A stretch of DNA of 64,000 bases, from assembly GCA_963665845.2 (NCBI GenBank), contig OY762492.1:2400001-2464000 (forward strand), written 5' to 3'. Position numbers and translations under genes: made by a program. This DNA is from Candidatus Poribacteria bacterium (GTDB lineage Bacteria > Poribacteria > WGA-4E > GCA-2687025). Shown piece after piece: positions 58,015-64,000 of this stretch. The notes under the pieces were generated by a model. That model had not been told where the DNA came from. It saw only the letters and a program-made list of their open reading frames with translations, and did no database searches. The stretch's first letter is position 1, and each line of letters opens with the position of its first letter.

Positions 58015-58845
58015 ATGACGAAAACGACCAAGATCGTTCTTGCGGTATCTGCCGCTCTGTTGATAGCGATGCTGGGCGCGTATCTTTGGATCGAATACGG
58101 CGGTTCATCGGACGACTCGGATCAAGGGCTGACGGTTGAGGAGCAGTCGCCGGTCATCCATGACAGCGGCGCAGACGACAGCGCCGATTCTTCAGCCGAA
58201 ACGGAACCGCCCGACGACTCCGAAGCCGCGCAAACTTCCGAAGCGGAGCAGGCGGACGACAACGGCGGCGCGGAAAATACAGCGGCAGCGTCTCCCGACG
58301 CCTCCGCCTCCGCCGACGCGCCTGACGAATTTTCAACCCAGCTCCAAGAGGGCATACAGGAAATCGTCGATTACGCGGCAAAGATGAAGGCGCAAGTTCC
58401 TGAAATGGCTTCGTTCGGGGACACGTCTCTCGCTTCTGTGGAGGGTCTTGCTGAGCTGGACGCGCAATTGCGGCGGCAGGGAACGGCGCTGGAAGCGCGG
58501 AGAGAGCAGCTGCTCATGAAGTACATCAATAACACCATGGACAACTTAGGTTCCATGACGACGGGGGCTGCCTCCATGGCGCTGTCAGGAGGGGCATTGA
58601 CCCCTGAGCGCATAATGGAGTTGTCCCAAAGCTTCGAGAGCATGGAGCCTCCTAAAAAGCTGCATACGCTGCTGCGCGGCGATATGACGGAGGAGGAGCT
58701 GACGCAGAAAATGATGGCAACGCCTGAATATAAGGCGAAGGTGGAGGCGGCGATGTCGGAGATGAGAGAGAGCTTGCAAGGTCTTGATCTAGAGGGTCTC
58801 AATCTGGACGATCTTGAACTGCCGGAGCTGCATGAGGATCGATAA
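58015..58845 (+). CDS. Helical-domain family, class II (sigma-less), tandem paralog
   Basis: Recent duplicate of 57108, including ~90 bp of upstream sequence; central domain diverged. Confidence 0.82.
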   Translation: MTKTTKIVLAVSAALLIAMLGAYLWIEYGGSSDDSDQGLTVEEQSPVIHDSGADDSADSSAETEPPDDSEAAQTSEAEQADDNGGAENTAAASPDASASADAPDEFSTQLQEGIQEIVDYAAKMKAQVPEMASFGDTSLASVEGLAELDAQLRRQGTALEARREQLLMKYINNTMDNLGSMTTGAASMALSGGALTPERIMELSQSFESMEPPKKLHTLLRGDMTEEELTQKMMATPEYKAKVEAAMSEMRESLQGLDLEGLNLDDLELPELHEDR

Positions 58846-58854
58846 AAGCCGTTT

Positions 58855-60687
58855 TCAGCGCGCCGCGGGCAGGGCGACCTCAAACGAGGTCCCTTGTCCC
58901 TCCACGCTGACGGCGGTTACCTTGCCACGGTGCGTCTCCACGATGCGTTTCACCGTCACCAGCCCCAGCCCCAGCCCCTTCGCCTTCGTTGTGTAGAACG
59001 GGTCGAACGCCTGCTCCACCTGCTGCGGCGACATTCCCGCGCCGGTGTCCGCGACGCTTATCGACACCATGCGCCGGCGCCGTTCGCTGTAATTCAGGCG
59101 CAAACGCCCGCCGTTCGGCATCGCCTGCGCCGCGTTGCGTATCAGGTTCACGAACGCGGCGCGCAGCTTTTCAGGGTCCGCCATGACGGGTCGGCGCGTT
59201 TCAGGCGCCTCCTCCTGAACCGACACCCCCTGCGCCTCCAGGTCATGCTCTATCGCGGCGCGCGCCTCCTGAACAATCGTCCAGATGTCGGTCTCCACAA
59301 AACGAAACGTCTTATCGCGCAGATAATTCAGCTCATTCTCCACCATGTCGGACAGCTCCGTCACGCGGCTCATGATCATGTTCATTTCGGAGACGATCTT
59401 TTCAGGTTCCGCGGCAAGGTTGAGCGGGTCGCCCCGTTCAAAGTTGCGCTGGAGCATCTCGGCGGGGGAGCGTATCGAGTTGAGCAGGTTGCGTATTTCG
59501 TGGCGCACCTGCGAGGTCATGACGCCGAACGCCGCCTCCCGTTCCGCCCTGAGCGCGCGCCGCTCCACGATCCGCGCGCGCGCCGTGTTCACCGAGAACG
59601 ACCAGATCGCCGCCGCGCCCAGCAAAGCCGCGCAGATGGGCGCCGCCGGCAGCCAGATCCAGCGGAACAGCGCCAGCGACAACGCCGCATGAACCGCCGC
59701 CGCCAAGATGCCTCCCAGAACGATGCGCCTCGCCTTCGGCAGCTGTTTGCCGACCTTCAAACCGAGAGGGATCAGCGCGGCGAACCAGAGCGCGAGAACG
59801 ATTCCCGTCCCCCAGCCCGACTTGGGGCGCGCCGTCTGCCCCGTCGTCATGGCGGCGACCATGGCGGCGCGCAGCTCAAAGGCGGAGACGGAGCCGAACG
59901 CGGCGCGCGCCGTTTCCGCTGACGGCAGGCTGGACCCTAGAACGACCCATTTGCCGCGCGCCGCTTGAACCGCCGCCCGTTCCCCGTTCAAAAGAGCGGC
60001 GACCGAGACGGTTTTCAGATTCGATTTTTGAAACGGCGTCAGAACGCGCCCCCGCGAGTTGATCGGGAGATCCAGTTCGCTCGGTTCAACGCCCAGCGCG
60101 TCGGCGGCAAAGAGGGCTTCGATAGAGAAACGGGAGCCGCTTTCGCCGGCGTTCGGGTTTACGACAGACGCGAAGCGGTGAACGCCGTCCCGCTCGTCCG
60201 GTACGGCGCCGCTGAAGGAGGCGGTCAGATTGGGGGCGGCTTTGATATTGGGCGGAATTGGAAGAAGGCGTTGTCCGGCGGGCTGTTGAGCGGCGTAAAT
60301 CGGCATCCGCAGGTTTGACCATCGGGCGCCGCCTTGCTTGATCTGCCCCAGGTCGTCCGCGAGATACGCGCCCGCGCAGCCCGCCTTTTGGAGCGCTTTG
60401 AGCGCATCAAGATAATCGTCGGGGAGCCAGATCGGATAGGGGCGGGTCAGCTCCTCCGCCTTTTCGTCAATGTCGGCGGCGACCAGCTGCGGCGGCGCCT
60501 TCATTTTGAACCGATGCCACTGCGCGGCGCGCCAGTCGAACGCCTTCGTTTCAAGCCCGTCCAGCAATCCAGCCCAGTCGGCGGCGAACGCTGCCGCCAA
60601 ACAGACCGCCAGCTGTATCAGCAGCAGACGGACTGCGCGGCGAGGATCCTGCGCGGATGTAAAAGCCTTGCGCATAGCGGCGCGCAT
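58855..60687 (-). CDS. Sensor histidine kinase with CHASE2-like periplasmic domain
   Basis: LETKAFDWR, DID and PDERDGVHR (CHASE2-like); three TMs; HEIRN H-box; NLIRNA, DTGAGM, FDPFYTTK and GLGLGL. Confidence 0.88.
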   Translation of the reverse strand: MRAAMRKAFTSAQDPRRAVRLLLIQLAVCLAAAFAADWAGLLDGLETKAFDWRAAQWHRFKMKAPPQLVAADIDEKAEELTRPYPIWLPDDYLDALKALQKAGCAGAYLADDLGQIKQGGARWSNLRMPIYAAQQPAGQRLLPIPPNIKAAPNLTASFSGAVPDERDGVHRFASVVNPNAGESGSRFSIEALFAADALGVEPSELDLPINSRGRVLTPFQKSNLKTVSVAALLNGERAAVQAARGKWVVLGSSLPSAETARAAFGSVSAFELRAAMVAAMTTGQTARPKSGWGTGIVLALWFAALIPLGLKVGKQLPKARRIVLGGILAAAVHAALSLALFRWIWLPAAPICAALLGAAAIWSFSVNTARARIVERRALRAEREAAFGVMTSQVRHEIRNLLNSIRSPAEMLQRNFERGDPLNLAAEPEKIVSEMNMIMSRVTELSDMVENELNYLRDKTFRFVETDIWTIVQEARAAIEHDLEAQGVSVQEEAPETRRPVMADPEKLRAAFVNLIRNAAQAMPNGGRLRLNYSERRRRMVSISVADTGAGMSPQQVEQAFDPFYTTKAKGLGLGLVTVKRIVETHRGKVTAVSVEGQGTSFEVALPAAR

Positions 60688-60856
60688 CCTCTGTCAAATC
60701 GGTATAGACAGCTGCTCAACAGCCGTTAATACATGAATACACTGCAGAGGCGCCAGCGTCCATATTTTGTTTTAAGTCGGATTCCGATGGCGCCGCCGCC
60801 TCCGATTCCCCCTTGAAAAGGGGCAGGGGGGGTTTTGAGCGCCCTGGTTGCGCTTG

Positions 60857-60985
60857 GTTTTGAACTAGGATTTTCAGGATTTATAGGATTAAAGGATTTG
60901 GGGTATGAGGGCATGTCAAGGGCGGCGCATCGGCTTTGACATGCCTCATGGCAATCTTTTCAATCATGCAAATCTTAGTTCAGAC
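60857..60985. repeat. Repeat family C copy
   Basis: TTTTGAACTAGGATT...AATCTTAGTTCAGAC, flanked by family B and A-core repeats. Confidence 0.7.
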
Positions 60986-61043
60986 GGCAACCGCGGCGGC
61001 TAAGATTCCCGCACATTTTACCGCAAGGGCGGAAATGACATGG

Positions 61044-61790
61044 TTATTGGACGCCCTCCCATCGGCTCCACAGGTCGCCGTCCGCGGTGTCGAATTTCCA
61101 CTCGTCCTGGTCTTTTCGGCTGATGCGCGTGATGAGAGCCATGCGGGGTCGTTCGCCGGCGTTGGTGCTGGCGGTGTGGGAGATCCACCCGTGCCAGAAG
61201 CAGACGTCGCCCGGCCCGCCCGTGAACTCATACGGCTCGCCCAGCGAAAAATGGACGACGCCGCCCTGCGGTCCATCGATCGGATGCGTCCGAAAATACT
61301 CGGCGAAGAGGCGGTGGCTGCCCGGCCACAAGGTGAACCCGCCGCCTTTATGGTCAACCTTGTCGATGTAGATCGTCGCGGCGATCATGAACCGCCCCGT
61401 CGTGCCTTTTACGACGCCGTTGTGCGGGGTGTAATATCCGTCCAGATGTCCGCGCGCGGGGATGCTCCATGCCTTGTTGGAGCGCGGGAACGATATGTGC
61501 GGGCTGGCGCCTCCCGGTCCGTGTATGTTTTCGTCGCCGACCAGCTGCCGCGCCGCGCCATGCACTCCGCCTTCGCGCACAATCCGCTTTACGATGTCGG
61601 AGCCGCCGACGCCGCCGATCGTCTTGTATCCCTGATCAAGCCAAGAGGCGGGGTCGCTTCTCTCCGCGTCCAGATTCTCCCACACCAGATCCAGCGCCTC
61701 TTCCGTCCACTCGCGCGGGATCATTTCTCGGCAGACAAGATAGCCGTTCTCCTGAAAAGATTTCACCTGCTCATTCGTCAAAGTCGCCAT
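61044..61790 (-). CDS. PhyH family dioxygenase
   Basis: LT.EQV.SFQENGY, HLDG, GGFTLWPGSH and GDVCFWH..HTAS.N..PR. Confidence 0.85.
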   Translation of the reverse strand: MATLTNEQVKSFQENGYLVCREMIPREWTEEALDLVWENLDAERSDPASWLDQGYKTIGGVGGSDIVKRIVREGGVHGAARQLVGDENIHGPGGASPHISFPRSNKAWSIPARGHLDGYYTPHNGVVKGTTGRFMIAATIYIDKVDHKGGGFTLWPGSHRLFAEYFRTHPIDGPQGGVVHFSLGEPYEFTGGPGDVCFWHGWISHTASTNAGERPRMALITRISRKDQDEWKFDTADGDLWSRWEGVQ

Positions 61791-61820
61791 ACGATTCTCC
61801 ACAGCGGTTCATTTAGGCAA

Positions 61821-61849
61821 ACAATACCGGAGCCTATCGAAAAAGTCAA
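61821..61849 (-). promoter_or_regulatory. Sigma70-like promoter of the PhyH gene
   Basis: Minus strand TTGACT-N17-TATTGT. Confidence 0.6.
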
Positions 61850-61859
61850 GCGGCGCAAT

Positions 61860-62325
61860 CTGACCTTACGTCTTTAGTTGGGACATGCCGCTGTGCGAAC
61901 GCGGACGTCTTCTGAGGCGCCTCTAGATTCCCGCTTACGCGGGAATGACGGTCTGGTTGGCGGCGCCTTTTTCCCATGAATAAAGGCTTTGGTCGTTCAG
62001 TTGTCCCAACTTTCAGCATGATGTCAGCCTCCGCGCTGACCTTACTCTTTCGTTGGGACATTCCGCCTGGCGAACGCGGACATCGTCTTCGGCGCCTCTA
62101 GATTCCCGCTTACGCGGGAATGACCGTTTGGTTGGCGGCGCCTTTTTCCCATGAATAAAGGCTTTGGTCGTTCAGTTGTCCCAACTTCAGCATGATGTCA
62201 GCCTCCGCGTTGACCTTACTCTTTCGTTGGGACATTCCGCCTGGCGAACGCGGACGTCTTCTGCGGCGCCTCTAGATTCCCGCTGACGCGGGAATGACCG
62301 TTTAGTTGGCGGAGCCTTCTTCCGA
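61860..62325. mobile_element. Tandem array of MITE-like family A: two full copies (61860-62027, 62036-62201) and one truncated copy
   Basis: Three successive TGACCTTAC..GTTGGGACAT starts with ~175-bp periodicity. Confidence 0.8.
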
Positions 62326-62386
62326 TAAACAGCGGATGACATATGCGCGGAAAAATGCCATACTATAAACGGAAAGAGGCTCCGCT

Positions 62387-62944
62387 ATGTTCGATCTATC
62401 CGCCGCTATTTACTGGATCCCGCTTTTTTGCCTTTTTGTGATAGCGGGGCTGTATGTTTTTGGCATCGAGATCGACGCGCTGGGCTACATAGACGATCGG
62501 GACGCCGGCTGGAAACGGCTGCTCTTTCCGCGCCCCGATCTGCGCGGTTTGTCTGCCGCTTTATTCATCGCGGCCTGGTCGGCGGCTGGACTCTCGCTCA
62601 CCGCCGCCGCGGGTCAGGGAGCCGCATGGCCGACGCGTCTATTGATCGCCGCCGCTGCGCTCGCCGCAAGCTGGGCAGTCTCCTACAGCGGAACGCTGCT
62701 CATCGACCTGATCTTTCCGTCCGAAGCGAAGCGCCCGCGCCGCGCCGAACTGATCGGAGAATCGGCGACGATACTTGACACGCCCGTTTCAGGCGACCTC
62801 GGACGCGCGCGCGTACATCTCCCTAGCGGCGGCTCCATCACGGTGTTTTGTAAAAACATCGGCGACGGCGAGTTTCCCTCTGAAGGCTCCGTCGTCATGA
62901 TCGCCGCCTACGACGAAGAAACGAACACCTTCGACGTGTTTTGA
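62387..62944 (+). CDS. NfeD/YqiJ-like membrane protein (TM helices + C-terminal OB fold)
   Basis: Hydrophobic N-terminal half; LIGESA.I...GRARV...G..V.I..YD OB-fold pattern. Confidence 0.65.
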   Translation: MFDLSAAIYWIPLFCLFVIAGLYVFGIEIDALGYIDDRDAGWKRLLFPRPDLRGLSAALFIAAWSAAGLSLTAAAGQGAAWPTRLLIAAAALAASWAVSYSGTLLIDLIFPSEAKRPRRAELIGESATILDTPVSGDLGRARVHLPSGGSITVFCKNIGDGEFPSEGSVVMIAAYDEETNTFDVF

Positions 62945-62949
62945 CGCGG

Positions 62950-63591
62950 CTAACGAACAGGCGGAAGCTGTATCGCCGGCGGTTGAACCGACACAACCCG
63001 CCCGTTGATGCGGACGCGCCCCTCCGCCGCCGCAAACACTGCCTGCGGATACAGCGCATGCTCAACCGCATGGATTTTCGCCGTCAGCGTTTCTAAGGTG
63101 TCGCTCGGACGAATCAGAACAGGGCATTGGGCGACGATCGGGCCGGTATCGACCCCTTCGTCCACATAATGAACCGTGACGCCGGTCGTCTTGACGCCAT
63201 GCTCCCATGCGTCCTGGACGCCGCGCGTCCCTGGGAACGCCGGCAGCAGCGACGGGTGGATATTCAGGATGCGGTTTTGATACCGCCGCACAAAATCGGC
63301 GCCGAGTATGCGCATAAAACCTGCAAGCGCGATCAGCTGAACGCCGCGCGCCTCCAGTTCTCGGACGGCGGCCGCCTCAAACGCGGCGCGTCCGCCGGCG
63401 CGCTTCGGGCTGATATGGACGGCGTCCACTCCCGCGTTTCGGGCGCGTTCGAGCGCGCGCGCGTTCTCCCGGTCGCTCACCGCAAGCGCGATCTCAACAG
63501 GCGCGTCGGGGCGGCGGCGCGCCGCGTCCATCAACGCCTGCAAATTTGAGCCGTTGCCGGACGCGAACACAGCCAGTTTGACCTTAGACAT
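62950..63591 (-). CDS. purN: Phosphoribosylglycinamide formyltransferase
   Basis: SGNGSNLQAL, LAGFMRIL, NIHPSLLP.FPG, TGVTVHYV..GVDTGPI..Q and EH.LYP. Confidence 0.96.
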   Translation of the reverse strand: MSKVKLAVFASGNGSNLQALMDAARRRPDAPVEIALAVSDRENARALERARNAGVDAVHISPKRAGGRAAFEAAAVRELEARGVQLIALAGFMRILGADFVRRYQNRILNIHPSLLPAFPGTRGVQDAWEHGVKTTGVTVHYVDEGVDTGPIVAQCPVLIRPSDTLETLTAKIHAVEHALYPQAVFAAAEGRVRINGRVVSVQPPAIQLPPVR

Positions 63592-63636
63592 CACAAAGCT
63601 CCATGAAGCCTGTTGACTCGCCCTGCGGCAATCCGC

Positions 63637-63665
63637 ATGCTACTATGGTAACGCAGACGCATCAA
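63637..63665 (-). promoter_or_regulatory. Possible sigma70-like promoter of purN
   Basis: Minus strand TTGATG-N17-TAGCAT. Confidence 0.45.
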
Positions 63666-63674
63666 GGCGGAGAG

Positions 63675-63842
63675 CTGACCACACCCTTAGAGTTGGGACA
63701 ATTCTGGTTGTGAACGCGGACGGTTTCGGGGTAGACTCTGGATTCCCGCTTACGCGGGAATGACGATCCGGTTGATGACGCCTTTAACCCATGAATAGAG
63801 CGATGGTCGGTTCAAATGTCCCAACTTTAGGCGTCAGGTCAG
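63675..63842. mobile_element. MITE-like element family A, diverged copy
   Basis: CTGACC..GTTGGGACA...TGTCCCAACTTTAGGCGTCAGGTCAG; flanked on both sides by GGAGAG. Confidence 0.75.
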
Positions 63843-63855
63843 GGAGAGGTACGGC

Positions 63856-64000
63856 ATGAATGTTAGAACGGGAATAGCCGCGGCGCTGGCGGTACTGGCG
63901 CTGACAGGTTGTCAAAAAAAAGAGCAGGAGCCGCCGATTCGTTTTTACGGATCCACCGTTGTGGAGTCGGCGGAGCCGATACAGAACGATAAGCTGTCCG
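63856..64000 (+). CDS. Putative lipoprotein, 3'-truncated by the window edge
   Basis: MNVRTGIAAALAVLALTG-C lipobox; GGAGAGG RBS. Confidence 0.65.
   Translation, partial: MNVRTGIAAALAVLALTGCQKKEQEPPIRFYGSTVVESAEPIQNDKLS

Noticed and set aside
61860-62325. Possible CRISPR or integron attC array
   Set aside because: The whole ~175-bp unit repeats; there are no variable spacers or cassette ORFs between units.

Overview
GC-rich bacterial chromosome segment. Four PhyH-family dioxygenases, WD40/PD40 propellers, a C-terminal 'SVDLAGKKKAQWGAVK' motif and carbohydrate-active enzymes suggest a Candidatus Poribacteria-like sponge symbiont; this is inference, not a verified taxonomy. Metabolic genes include a split pyruvate:ferredoxin oxidoreductase, GlcF, a hydantoinase/oxoprolinase A subunit, two CNNM/CorB proteins, MazG, NamZ, a CE15 esterase, NagA, a GH2 hydrolase and PurN. 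They are interspersed with defence-type genes (R-M S subunit, two orphan adenine methyltransferases, an ATPase + DUF4276-like pair, tandem ADP-ribosylglycohydrolases), two decayed IS1595 copies and at least three dispersed repeat families. Most notable: (1) 15 paralogs sharing an unrecognised extracytoplasmic helical domain, in three architectures (C-anchored two-domain, N-anchored one-domain, and fused via a TM helix to ECF sigma factors), with direct traces of cassette shuffling; (2) a MITE-like element whose five loci all sit 9-11 bp upstream of a sigma70-like -35 box; (3) a structured ~200-nt candidate ncRNA with its own promoter and terminator; (4) IS1595 copies inserted into the loop of a palindromic repeat. 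No rRNA, tRNA or CRISPR array was seen. All functional calls are by-eye motif recognition; no database searches were run.
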